Shown here piece by piece: positions 42,121 to 50,908 of a DNA stretch of 64,000 bases. The notes beneath the pieces are model-generated. The model saw only the letters and a list, made by a program, of their open reading frames with translations, ran no database searches and was not told where the DNA came from. Numbering within the stretch: position 1 is the stretch's first letter; each line of letters opens with the position of its first letter. A program made the translations under genes and the position numbers. The stretch comes from an uncultured Alphaproteobacteria bacterium (GTDB taxonomy: Bacteria; Pseudomonadota; Alphaproteobacteria; Sphingomonadales; Sphingomonadaceae): contig CAVSKM010000005.1 of assembly GCA_963728515.1 (NCBI GenBank), positions 39,232 to 103,231 on the forward strand. The letters are read 5' to 3'.

Positions 42121-42626
42121 GGTTGCCCGGACCCCTGCCCCCGCAGCGCCAGCGCGACGCGGGTCGCCATGCGTTGGGCAAGGTCCTGCGAGAGGTTTTC
42201 GAGCGCGGTCTGTTCGGCCGCGATGGTGGCATATTCGCTCGACACCACGTCGATCCCCGCGTCGCTGCCATCGGTAGCGTCGAGGAGGATCGCACCGCTC
42301 GAAAGATCGATCAGCTGATAGCGTGCACGCAAGGTGCGGCGTTCGCGGCTGACGGTGTCGTCGCGCAGGACAGCAAGTCCCTCGAGCTGATCGTCGAGCC
42401 GCACCTCGAGCCGGTAGCGTGGCGCGGCCTCGCCCGCCGCCCCCAGACGTTCCTGGAGCGCATGACGGACCAGCCAGCCCGCGCGGCCCTCGATCGCGGG
42501 CACCTCGACCGCAGCCAGCGCCTGTGCCACCGCCCCGCTTCCCCCGCCGGCATACATGGGCGACAGGCCGCAGGCGGAGAGCAGGCTCAGCGCGCCCAGC
42601 GCGAGGAGAGGGGGCAAGAGACGCAT
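42117..42626 (-). CDS. lptE: LPS-assembly lipoprotein LptE-like
   Basis: Internal ATG 42626 overlaps the leuS stop (ATGA). Lipobox LLSAC|G. Position between leuS and holA. Confidence 0.75.
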   Translation of the reverse strand: MRLLPPLLALGALSLLSACGLSPMYAGGGSGAVAQALAAVEVPAIEGRAGWLVRHALQERLGAAGEAAPRYRLEVRLDDQLEGLAVLRDDTVSRERRTLRARYQLIDLSSGAILLDATDGSDAGIDVVSSEYATIAAEQTALENLSQDLAQRMATRVALALRGQGSGQP

Positions 42627-45148
42627 CAGGTGACGATATTCACCAATCTGTCGGGCACGACAATGACCTTGCGGACCGTCGCCCCGTCGATCGAACGCTG
42701 CACCTTCTCGCTGGCCAGCGCCAGCGCCTCGAGATCTTCGCGCGCTGCACCCTTCGGAGCGGTGAGCGTGTCGCGCAGCTTGCCCATGTGCTGGACCGCG
42801 ATGGTGACCTCGTCTTCGACCAGCAGGGCAGGATCGACCGCAGGCCAAGCGGCATCGGCGACCAGGCCTTCCTGGCCCATCGCGGCCCAGGCTTCCTCGG
42901 CGAGATGCGGCATCATCGGCGCGACCAATTGCACCAATGTCCGGATCGCGGCCGAGCGGCTCGCCGAAGGGTCGGATTTTTCGACCGCGCCGGTCAATTC
43001 ATAGATGCGCGCGACCGCCTTGTTGAAGCCGAGCGCCTCGACGTCGCGGGCCACTGCAGCGACGGTCTGGTGGGCCTTGCGGTCGAGTAGCCGGTCCTCG
43101 CCCGTGGCGTGCGCGTCATGGGCGCAGAACAGGCGCCACAGGCGATGCACGAAGCGCGAGCAGCCTTCGATCCCCGCTTCCGACCAGGGCAGATCGCGCT
43201 CGGGCGGACTGTCCGAAAGCATGAACCAGCGCACCGCATCCGCGCCGTAGCTGTCGACGATCGTGTCGGGATCGACGACGTTCTTCTTCGACTTCGACAT
43301 CTTGACGACGCGGCCGATCGCGACTGCGCCGCCGTCTTGCCTGAGCAGCGCGCGCTCCGCCTCGCGGCTGATTTCCTCGGGCGCGTAATAGACCGTCCGG
43401 CCGCTCTCGCTGCGGCTGTAGGTCTCATGCGTGACCATGCCCTGCGTGAACAGCGAGGCGAAGGGTTCCTTCACCTCTATCATTCCGATCCGCGCCAGCG
43501 CGCGGGTCCAGAAGCGCGCATAGAGCAGATGCAGGATCGCATGTTCGATCCCCCCGATATATTGTTCGACCGGCAGCCATTGGGCGACCTCGGCGGCGTC
43601 GAAGGGCCGGTCGGCCGGCTGGCTCGCGAAGCGCAGGAAATACCACGAGCTGTCGACGAATGTGTCGAGCGTATCGGTCTCGCGCTCCGCCGCCCCGCCG
43701 CAGGTCGGGCAGGAGACATGCTTCCACGTCGGATGCCGCACCAGCGGATTGCCCGGGGTCTCGAAATCTACGTCTTCGGGCAGGGTGATCGGCAGGGTGT
43801 CCCGGGGCGCGGCAACGACCCCGCAGGCCTGGCAATGGATGAAGGGGATCGGCGTGCCCCAATAGCGCTGGCGACTCACGCCCCAGTCGCGCAGCCGCCA
43901 GACCGTCTTCCCCTCGCCGCGGCCCTGGGCCTCGATGCGGCGGATGATCTCGCGCTTGGCATCCTCCACTTCCATCCCGTCGAGGAAGTCGGAATTGACG
44001 ATCACCCCGTCGCCCGCCTCGGCCTCGCCGTCGAAGGGCTTGCCTGCATCCTCCACCGCGGGCGCGACCACGCGGGGGATCGGCAGGCCGTATTTGGTGG
44101 CGAATTCGAAGTCGCGCTGATCGTGCCCCGGCACCGCCATGATTGCGCCCGTGCCATAGTCCATCAGCACGAAATTGGCGATGAAGACCGGCAGAGTCTC
44201 TCCCGTGAACGGATGCTTCGCCCCGATCCCGGTGTCGTAGCCGAGCTTCTCCGCGGTTTCGATCTCGGCGGCGGTGGTGCCGCCGCGCTTGCAGCGCTCG
44301 ATGAACTTCGCCGCATCGCAATTCTGCGTCGCCACGCCCTGCGCCAGCGGATGGTCGGGCGCGACCGCGACGAAGCTCGCGCCGAAGATCGTATCGGGCC
44401 GCGTGGTATAGACCGGCAGCGTGTCGCCATTGGTCAGGTCGAAGGCGAATTCGAGACCCCGGCTCTTGCCGATCCAGTTCTCCTGCATCAGCCGGACCTT
44501 GTCCGGCCAGCTCTCCAGCCCGTCCAGACCTTCGAGCAATTCCTCGGCGAAATCGGTGATCCTGACGAACCACTGGTTGAGCTTGCGCTTCTCGACTTCG
44601 GCCCCCGAACGCCAGCCCTTGCCGTCGATGACCTGTTCGTTGGCGAGCACGGTCATGTCGACCGGGTCCCAATTGACCTCGCTTTCCCTGCGATAGACCA
44701 GCCCGGCGTCGTGGAGGTCGAGAAACAGCGCCTGCTCGTGGCCGTAGTAATCGGGCTCGCAAGTTGCCAGCTCGCGGCTCCAGTCGAGCGCGAAGCCGAG
44801 CCGCTTCAACTGCGCCTTCATGTGCTCGATATTGGCGCGGGTCCAGGCACCCGGATGAACGCCCTTCTCCATCGCCGCGTTTTCTGCGGGCATGCCGAAG
44901 GCGTCCCAACCCATCGGGTGGAGGACCTCATGACCGGTCATGCGCTTGTAGCGCGCCAGCACGTCGCCCATGGTGTAGTTGCGCACATGGCCGATGTGGA
45001 TGCGCCCCGAGGGATAGGGGAACATCTCGAGCACGTAGCTCTTCGGCCTCGAGGAATTGCTGTCGGCGCGAAAGGTCTGCGCCTGCTCCCAGGCTTTCTG
45101 CCAGCGCGCGTCGGCGCCGGCCGGATCGAAACGGGTTTCGCTGTTCAT
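42626..45148 (-). CDS. leuS: leucine--tRNA ligase
   Basis: HIGH (HIGHVRNY) and KMSKS motifs. 840 aa. Confidence 0.98.
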   Translation of the reverse strand: MNSETRFDPAGADARWQKAWEQAQTFRADSNSSRPKSYVLEMFPYPSGRIHIGHVRNYTMGDVLARYKRMTGHEVLHPMGWDAFGMPAENAAMEKGVHPGAWTRANIEHMKAQLKRLGFALDWSRELATCEPDYYGHEQALFLDLHDAGLVYRRESEVNWDPVDMTVLANEQVIDGKGWRSGAEVEKRKLNQWFVRITDFAEELLEGLDGLESWPDKVRLMQENWIGKSRGLEFAFDLTNGDTLPVYTTRPDTIFGASFVAVAPDHPLAQGVATQNCDAAKFIERCKRGGTTAAEIETAEKLGYDTGIGAKHPFTGETLPVFIANFVLMDYGTGAIMAVPGHDQRDFEFATKYGLPIPRVVAPAVEDAGKPFDGEAEAGDGVIVNSDFLDGMEVEDAKREIIRRIEAQGRGEGKTVWRLRDWGVSRQRYWGTPIPFIHCQACGVVAAPRDTLPITLPEDVDFETPGNPLVRHPTWKHVSCPTCGGAAERETDTLDTFVDSSWYFLRFASQPADRPFDAAEVAQWLPVEQYIGGIEHAILHLLYARFWTRALARIGMIEVKEPFASLFTQGMVTHETYSRSESGRTVYYAPEEISREAERALLRQDGGAVAIGRVVKMSKSKKNVVDPDTIVDSYGADAVRWFMLSDSPPERDLPWSEAGIEGCSRFVHRLWRLFCAHDAHATGEDRLLDRKAHQTVAAVARDVEALGFNKAVARIYELTGAVEKSDPSASRSAAIRTLVQLVAPMMPHLAEEAWAAMGQEGLVADAAWPAVDPALLVEDEVTIAVQHMGKLRDTLTAPKGAAREDLEALALASEKVQRSIDGATVRKVIVVPDRLVNIVT

Positions 45149-45203
45149 GCCCGCGGCCTTACGGATTTTGCGCGAGTTTGGAAGGCGCTTCGCGCGCCCG
45201 CGA

Positions 45204-45653
45204 TCAGCTCACCGCCTGGCGGCGCAATTCGCGGGCCTTGGTCAGGATGATGTCTTCCAGCTTCTGCACCGTCGCGGCCTGCACCGGCGCATCGACCCAG
45301 CTGCCGCCCTGGTTGATCTGCCGGCTCGCGGCGACGCGCAAGGCGTCGGCGCGCAGGTCCTGGTCGAGGATCGTCACGGTCATCTTGACCCGTTCGCCCG
45401 GATTGCCCGGATTGGCGTACCAGTCGGTCACGATCACGCCGCCATTGCTGTCCGCCTGGAGCAGCGGCGCGAAGCTGACGGCTTCGAGCGCCGCCCGCCA
45501 GAGATAGGAATTGACCCCGATGGTGGTCACCTGCGCTGCCGCCAGGTCCGCGCGGGGGCGGTCGTTGCCCCCGGCACAGGCCGCGAGGCCGATCGATGCG
45601 GCGGCCGCCAGAGCGACGGTGGCGGGGCGGCGGTAAGGGGCAAGAGCGCTCAT
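45204..45653 (-). CDS. lipoprotein, DUF3576-like
   Basis: Lipobox GLAAC|AG and RBS AAGGAA. From memory, family members sit next to leuS in alphaproteobacteria. Confidence 0.6.
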   Translation of the reverse strand: MSALAPYRRPATVALAAAASIGLAACAGGNDRPRADLAAAQVTTIGVNSYLWRAALEAVSFAPLLQADSNGGVIVTDWYANPGNPGERVKMTVTILDQDLRADALRVAASRQINQGGSWVDAPVQAATVQKLEDIILTKARELRRQAVS

Positions 45654-45885
45654 GTCGTTCCTTGGATTCCGGCAGGGTTCCCGGCTCTATAAAGACTGCG
45701 CGTCTTCGGGCAAGGCATAGAGCGGTCGGCGGCATAGGGCCGCCCGGCGCGTGAACCCCTCCTGAATCGGCTGCGGCGGCTGCGCCGGCGCATGGCAGGC
45801 GCTTGTGGACAGCGCGCAACACCCCCACGCTTTCGCGGGCGCCGCTTGTGGAAAAGCTGGCCAAGCGTCGCCCGCCTGTTACGGT

Positions 45886-45917
45886 GCGAGTCGTTGAAGA
45901 AGGACTCGCCCGTTTTT
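45886..45917 (+). terminator. orphan intrinsic terminator in the 334-bp intergenic region
   Basis: 7-bp stem gcgagtc/gactcgc with a 10-nt loop, then ccg and T5 (45913-45917). There is no plus-strand gene upstream. Confidence 0.5.
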
Positions 45918-45987
45918 CAAGGGCGGTCAGGAACCGTTCAGCGGTGTTCTGGCTTGAAGGAGTCGAAACGGGGGATATCCATCCGTC

Positions 45988-46755
45988 ATGGCACGGTCGG
46001 TCGAAAATCAGGGCAAGGCGCGGTTCATTCCCGCGACGCTGGCGCTTGCCGGCCTTGCGCTGACGATTCCGGCTGCCGGCCTCGCGGTGGTCCATAGCGC
46101 CGCCGCGCCCGTGGAATTGCCCGAATCGCTCTCGCACATGCCGTTCACCCCGGCGCGGATGGATCCGCAGCTTGCCCGGCGTGTCGCGGCACTCATCGGA
46201 GAAGACGGCTTGCGCTTCACTCCGGCGAGCAAGCCCGCGCTGTCGCGCGACCGCACGATCACCGTCGCGGTCCGGGTCGACGATGCGACCGCCCGCGCGA
46301 TCTCGGTCCGGAGCGCGATCGATTCGGTCGGCAGCGATCAGGGCGCAGGCCGGATGCTCGCCATTGCGCCGACGAGCTACAATCTCGGCATCGCCCGCGG
46401 CTATCAGAGCTTCGCCCAGCCGGCCAAGGCCGAAAGCGTCACCGTCGGCGTGCGCGACATGGGCATGCCCGATCTCGCGTCCTACCGCCCCGAAGGCGAG
46501 GACAAGCCCGCCAAGCCGGGTCGCTTCGGTTCGCGGCTGTCGCTCCATAAGGAAGACGCTGCCGGCCGCTCGCCGCGCACGCTCGAAGGTTCGGGCGGGC
46601 AGAGCGTCGATCTCAGCACCTCCTATCGCGTGGTCGGGGGGCTCGACGTGACCGCGGGCGTGCGCCTGTCGAAGGACAGCAACCGGCTCGCTCCGCTGAC
46701 CGACGGGCTCGAAGACGATCAGGCGGTCTACGTGGGCACCCGCATCAGCTTCTGA
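45988..46755 (+). CDS. hypothetical exported protein (possible small outer-membrane protein)
   Basis: Signal-like N-terminus (FIPATLALAGLALTIPAAGLA). C-terminus AVYVGTRISF ends in Phe, like beta-barrel OMPs. Confidence 0.5.
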   Translation: MARSVENQGKARFIPATLALAGLALTIPAAGLAVVHSAAAPVELPESLSHMPFTPARMDPQLARRVAALIGEDGLRFTPASKPALSRDRTITVAVRVDDATARAISVRSAIDSVGSDQGAGRMLAIAPTSYNLGIARGYQSFAQPAKAESVTVGVRDMGMPDLASYRPEGEDKPAKPGRFGSRLSLHKEDAAGRSPRTLEGSGGQSVDLSTSYRVVGGLDVTAGVRLSKDSNRLAPLTDGLEDDQAVYVGTRISF

Positions 46756-46885
46756 GCCGCTGTCGCGCTTCGGCGCCTTTTCCATCGATCTCGCGAATTT
46801 CCGACCCCGGCGGTTTGCCGTGGCGCCTTGCGCGCGGCTCGCTTAAGAGACTAGCGACGCTACGGAAAGCTGGGGAGGATTGTCT

Positions 46886-47611
46886 ATGGGACGGGTTGCC
46901 ATCGTAACCGGGGGCTCGCGCGGGATCGGCCGCGCGATCTGCGAGAGATTGCGCGACGAGCGCGGCTGCACCGTGATCGCGAATTACTGCGGCAACGACG
47001 AAGCGGCGAAGCGCTTCACCGAGGAAACCGGCATCGCCACGGTCAAGTTCGACGTCGGCGATTTCGATGCGGCGCAGGAAGGTTGCGCCCGGGTCGCGGA
47101 AGAGCACGGGCCGGTCGAAATTCTCGTCAACAACGCCGGCATCACGCGCGACGGCACATTGGCCAAGATGACCTACGACGATTGGGATGCGGTGATGCGC
47201 ATCAATCTCGGCGGCTGCTTCACCATGGCCAAGGCGGTGTTTCCCGCAATGAAGGAGCGCGGCTGGGGCCGGATCGTCAACATCGGCTCGATCAACGGGC
47301 AGGCGGGACAATATGGCCAGGTCAACTATGCCGCCGCCAAGAGCGGGATCCACGGCTTCACCAAGGCGCTCGCGCAGGAAGGCGCGCGCTTCGGCATCAC
47401 CGTCAATGCGATCGCCCCGGGCTACATCGACACCGATATGGTCGCTGCCGTGCCCGAGCCGGTGCTCGAGAAGATCGTCGCCAAGATCCCCGTCGGGCGG
47501 CTCGGCAAGGCCGGCGAGATCGCCCGCGGGGTGAGCTTCCTGTGCAGCGAGCATGCGGGCTTCGTCACCGGTTCGACGATGAGCATCAACGGCGGCCAGC
47601 ACATGTATTGA
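46886..47611 (+). CDS. phaB: acetoacetyl-CoA reductase
   Basis: ATG 46886 lies 6 nt after GGGGAGGA (the track start 46880 is TTG). TGGSRGIG, NNAGITRD and YAAAKSG motifs, with PhaB-like overall pattern. Confidence 0.9.
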   Translation: MGRVAIVTGGSRGIGRAICERLRDERGCTVIANYCGNDEAAKRFTEETGIATVKFDVGDFDAAQEGCARVAEEHGPVEILVNNAGITRDGTLAKMTYDDWDAVMRINLGGCFTMAKAVFPAMKERGWGRIVNIGSINGQAGQYGQVNYAAAKSGIHGFTKALAQEGARFGITVNAIAPGYIDTDMVAAVPEPVLEKIVAKIPVGRLGKAGEIARGVSFLCSEHAGFVTGSTMSINGGQHMY

Positions 47612-47657
47612 GCGCACCGGGGTTTCGCGCGCGCGCGGTGCTGGCTAGGGCGCGGCC

Positions 47658-47942
47658 ATGGACATGCCGCCCTATCATCCGCCGCGCAAATATTCGGTCC
47701 GCATCGAAGGACACCGCACTTCGATCAGCCTCGAGCCGCTGTTCTGGGACATGCTCTGCCGCGCCGCCGCGGCGCGCGGGCAGTCGATCAACGCGCTGGT
47801 CGCCGAGATCGATGCCGAACGCATCCGCGCGACGACGCCCCCGGGGCTCGCCGGGGCGATCCGCATCTGGCTGGTGACGCATGAAAAGGGCGGCTGGATC
47901 GCTCCAGCCGCCGCTTCGTCCGTGTCTCCGGGCAGTCAGTAA
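47658..47942 (+). CDS. ribbon-helix-helix domain protein (RHH_4-like)
   Basis: SVRIEGHRTSISLEPLFWDMLCRAAAARGQSINALVAEID pattern. Confidence 0.65.
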   Translation: MDMPPYHPPRKYSVRIEGHRTSISLEPLFWDMLCRAAAARGQSINALVAEIDAERIRATTPPGLAGAIRIWLVTHEKGGWIAPAAASSVSPGSQ

Positions 47943-48157
47943 TTCGCCGGGGGATCGCTGGCGGGGAAGCTCTCGTCGCTCTCCTCGTCGGTCTTCGACC
48001 AATCTCCGTTCGGCTTGTCGCGCATCGCCTCGGGCCCGGCATCGCGGACCGAGGTGTTGCCCTGGTTTCCGGCGAAAGCCGGCTGCGTCTTGTTCTTTTC
48101 GTAGTATTTGTAGCCGGCATAGCCGAGGCCGCCGAGCGCCAGTAGCTTGAGTAGCAT
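47936..48157 (-). CDS. small hypothetical protein with N-terminal membrane anchor
   Basis: 73 aa. Strong RBS AAGGAAGGAG 7 nt before ATG 48157. N-terminal helix MLLKLLALGGLGYAGY followed by an acidic tail. Confidence 0.5.
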   Translation of the reverse strand: MLLKLLALGGLGYAGYKYYEKNKTQPAFAGNQGNTSVRDAGPEAMRDKPNGDWSKTDEESDESFPASDPPANY

Positions 48158-48184
48158 GATGAGACTCCTTCCTTTGCGACCCTA

Positions 48185-48209
48185 AACGTCCGGATCGCGG
48201 GAAAGGTCC
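48185..48209 (-). promoter_or_regulatory. candidate EcfG-type (general stress) promoter for the 73-aa protein gene
   Basis: The minus strand reads GGACC-N16-CGTT, with the -10 element 27 nt upstream of the ATG. Confidence 0.4.
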
Positions 48210-48221
48210 GCCCGATGCGCC

Positions 48222-49505
48222 TCAATCGTCGCCGATGCGTTCGATATCCGCGCCGACCAGCTGGAGCTTCTCCTCGAGCCGCTCGTAGCCGCGGTCGAGG
48301 TGATAGATCCGCCGCACCTGCGTCTCGCCCTCGGCCGCCAGCGCGGCGATGATCAGGCTCATCGATGCGCGCAGATCGGTCGCCATCACTTCGGCCCCGG
48401 TGAGCGGCGTCGGACCGCGGACGATGGCGGTGCGCCCGGTGGTCTCGATCTCCGCCCCCATGCGGCGCAGTTCGGGCACGTGCATGTAACGGTTCTCGAA
48501 GATCGTCTCGGTCAGTACGCTGGTGCCCTCGGCCCGCGTCAGCAGGCTCATCAGCTGCGCCTGCATGTCGGTGGCGAGGCCGGGGAAGGGCGCAGTGGTG
48601 AGGTTGTGCGCCTTCAACGGGCCCCGCGCGGCCACCGTCATGCCGTGCTTGTCGCTCTCGATCTCGACGCCGATATTGCGCAGCGCATGGATGGTCGCGC
48701 CCATGTCGCCGGCCTCGGCGCCCTCGAGCCGCACTTCGCCGCCGGTGATCGCGGCCGCGCAGGCGTAGGAGCCGGCCTCGATCCGGTCGGGCATCACCCG
48801 ATAGGTCGCGCCATGGAGCTTCTTCACCCCGTGGACGGTCAGTTCGGACTGGCCGATCCCCTCGATCTCCGCCCCCATGGCGACGAGCAGATTGCACAGA
48901 TCGACGATCTCGGGCTCGCGCGCGGCATTGATCAGCCGGCTGGTGCCCCGGCACAGCACCGCCGCCATCAGCGCATTCTCGGTGGCGCCGACCGAGACCA
49001 CGGGGAAGTCGATCTCGCCGCCCGGCAGTCCGCCATCGGGCGCGCTGGCCTTCACATAGCCCTGCGCCAGCTCGATATGGGCGCCGAACGCCTCCAGCGC
49101 CTTGAGATGCAGGTCGATCGGGCGGTTGCCGATCGCGCAGCCGCCGGGCAGCGAGACGGTGGCCTCGCCGGTCCGCGCCAGCAGCGGGCCGAGCACGAGG
49201 ATCGAGGCGCGCATCTTGCGCACCAGATCGTAGGGCGCGACCGAGCTGGTGATCCGCGTCGCCTCGAGCGTGACGTTGCGGCCGAAGTCCTCGGGGCGCT
49301 TGCCGGGAATCGTGTGGCTGACCCCGAATTGCGTCATCAGGTGCTGGAAGCCGTCGATGTCGGCGAGCCGCGGCAGATTGCGCAGCGTCACCGCCTCCTC
49401 GGTCAGCAGGGCGCAGGGGATGAGCGTGAGCGCAGCGTTTTTCGCCCCCGAAATCGGGAGGGTGCCGGAGAGGCGATTGCCGCCGCGAATGATGAGCTTG
49501 TCCAT
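48222..49505 (-). CDS. murA: UDP-N-acetylglucosamine 1-carboxyvinyltransferase
   Basis: Internal ATG 49505 gives [26 protein letters not shown]. Active-site Cys loop [15 protein letters not shown]. Confidence 0.97.
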   Translation of the reverse strand: MDKLIIRGGNRLSGTLPISGAKNAALTLIPCALLTEEAVTLRNLPRLADIDGFQHLMTQFGVSHTIPGKRPEDFGRNVTLEATRITSSVAPYDLVRKMRASILVLGPLLARTGEATVSLPGGCAIGNRPIDLHLKALEAFGAHIELAQGYVKASAPDGGLPGGEIDFPVVSVGATENALMAAVLCRGTSRLINAAREPEIVDLCNLLVAMGAEIEGIGQSELTVHGVKKLHGATYRVMPDRIEAGSYACAAAITGGEVRLEGAEAGDMGATIHALRNIGVEIESDKHGMTVAARGPLKAHNLTTAPFPGLATDMQAQLMSLLTRAEGTSVLTETIFENRYMHVPELRRMGAEIETTGRTAIVRGPTPLTGAEVMATDLRASMSLIIAALAAEGETQVRRIYHLDRGYERLEEKLQLVGADIERIGDD

Positions 49506-49592
49506 GGGAGGGGGCTTTAGCCGGAATCGGCGAGGCGGCAAGTTTGGTTCGCGCGGAGACGCGGGAGAGCGCCGGGATCGTCGAGACATTTT

Positions 49593-49716
49593 CTCACACG
49601 AAGACACGAAGATGCCGGGCTCCCTTTGCGCCGCAGGCGCTCGATCCCCTGGCATTACGTCCCGGATAGATGTGCGGCTGCGCCGCTGGCACGGCATCTT
49701 CATGTCTTCGTGTGAG
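49593..49716. repeat. 124-bp inverted-repeat element (25-bp arms, 24/25 match, 74-bp spacer)
   Basis: Arms ctcacacgaagacacgaagatgccg (49593-49617) and cggcatcttcatgtcttcgtgtgag (49692-49716). Each arm is a tandem 8-mer. An adjacent (cctctgcg)x2-tga module lies at 49731-49749. Confidence 0.6.
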
Positions 49717-49797
49717 CCCCCTTCCTGCCTCCTCTGCGCCTCTGCGTGAAACAAGACTCCCGGTTGCGCCCCCTCCCCGCGCTGCTATCGAGCCGCC

Positions 49798-50682
49798 ATG
49801 AGCCACAAACCGATCAGGAAAGCCGTTTTCCCCGTCGCCGGCCTCGGCACGCGCTTCCTCCCCGCGACCAAGGCGATCCCCAAGGAACTGCTGCCGATCG
49901 TCGATCGCCCGCTGATCCAATATGCGGTCGACGAGGCGCGCGAGGCGGGGATCGAGCAGATGATCTTCGTCACCGGCCGCGGCAAGACCGCCATCGTCGA
50001 GCATTTCGACGTGGCCTATGAGCTCGAGCATACCATGCGCGAGCGCGGCAAGGACATGAGCGCGCTCGAACCCACCCGCGCGACGCCGGGCGACATCATC
50101 ACCGTGCGCCAGCAGGTCCCGCTCGGCCTCGGCCATGCGATCTGGTGCGCCCGCGCGATCGTCGGCGAGGAGCCCTTCGCCATCCTGCTGCCCGACGAGC
50201 TGATGGTCGGCAACGGGCCCGGCGGCGGCTGCATGAAGCAGATGGTCGCAGCCTATGACGAGCTCGGCGGCAATCTGATCTCGGTGCTCGAAGTGCCGCG
50301 CGAGGAGGTCTCGAGCTATGGCGTGATCGCCCCCGGCGCGCAGGTCTCCGACACGCTGACCGAGGTCACCGGACTGGTCGAGAAGCCTCCGGTCGCGGAG
50401 GCGCCGTCGAACAAGATCGTCTCGGGCCGCTACATCCTCCAGCCCGAAGTCATGCGCGTGCTCGAGGACCAGGAAAAGGGTGCCGGCGGCGAGATCCAGC
50501 TGACCGACGCCATGGCCAGGATGATCGGCCCGCAGCCGTTCCACGCGGTCACCTTCGCCGGCCGCCGCTTCGACTGCGGCAGCAAGACCGGCTTCGTCGA
50601 GGCGACGCTGGCGCTGGCGCTGGAGCGCGAGGACATGGGCGCCGAAGTCCGCGCGATCGCCGAACGCCTGCTGCGGGGCTAG
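49798..50682 (+). CDS. galU: UTP--glucose-1-phosphate uridylyltransferase
   Basis: N-terminal PVAGLGTRFLPATKAIPKELLPIVD motif. Confidence 0.95.
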   Translation: MSHKPIRKAVFPVAGLGTRFLPATKAIPKELLPIVDRPLIQYAVDEAREAGIEQMIFVTGRGKTAIVEHFDVAYELEHTMRERGKDMSALEPTRATPGDIITVRQQVPLGLGHAIWCARAIVGEEPFAILLPDELMVGNGPGGGCMKQMVAAYDELGGNLISVLEVPREEVSSYGVIAPGAQVSDTLTEVTGLVEKPPVAEAPSNKIVSGRYILQPEVMRVLEDQEKGAGGEIQLTDAMARMIGPQPFHAVTFAGRRFDCGSKTGFVEATLALALEREDMGAEVRAIAERLLRG

Positions 50683-50785
50683 CGGCCGCGCTTCTCCCCC
50701 CCGCGGCAGAGACCCGCAGACCTGCGCCTGCACAGCAGGCCTCAGGCGAAATCGAGTGCGGACCGGCCGGAGCCGACGCTGCGAA

Positions 50786-50832
50786 CCCCTCTCCCGACCC
50801 CTCTCCCGACCCTTGCCCGCAGGGGGAGGGGG
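50786..50832. repeat. GC-tract hairpin with tandem 12-mer (REP-like)
   Basis: cccctctcccga x2 (50786-50809) can pair with gggggaggggg (50822-50832). Located between convergent galU and yqiK. Confidence 0.5.
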
Positions 50833-50908
50833 CAGCGGCTCTGCGGCTTCGCCATCCGGCGCGGCGTTCGCTTGTTCTCCCGCTCCGCCCCGGGTGCTTC
50901 GACGCGCG

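Noticed and set aside
45800-45860. Possible replication origin or DnaA-controlled site, suggested by two DnaA-box-like words (TGTGGACAG, TGTGGAAAA).
   Set aside because: There are only two imperfect boxes, no AT-rich unwinding element, and no dnaA, hemE or parAB context. I keep them only as part of the orphan-terminator observation.
45790-45965. CsrB/RsmZ-like sponge RNA, suggested by GGA motifs in hairpin loops followed by a terminator.
   Set aside because: The GGA count (about 5-6 in 170 nt) is only slightly above the compositional expectation of about 3. As far as I know, most alphaproteobacteria lack CsrA.
49593-49716. Autonomous mobile element (IS) or integrated island anywhere in the window.
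   Set aside because: There is no transposase, integrase, recombinase or phage gene. There is no flanking direct repeat or tRNA, and no compositional island apart from short AT-rich promoters. The inverted-repeat element is at most a non-autonomous repeat.
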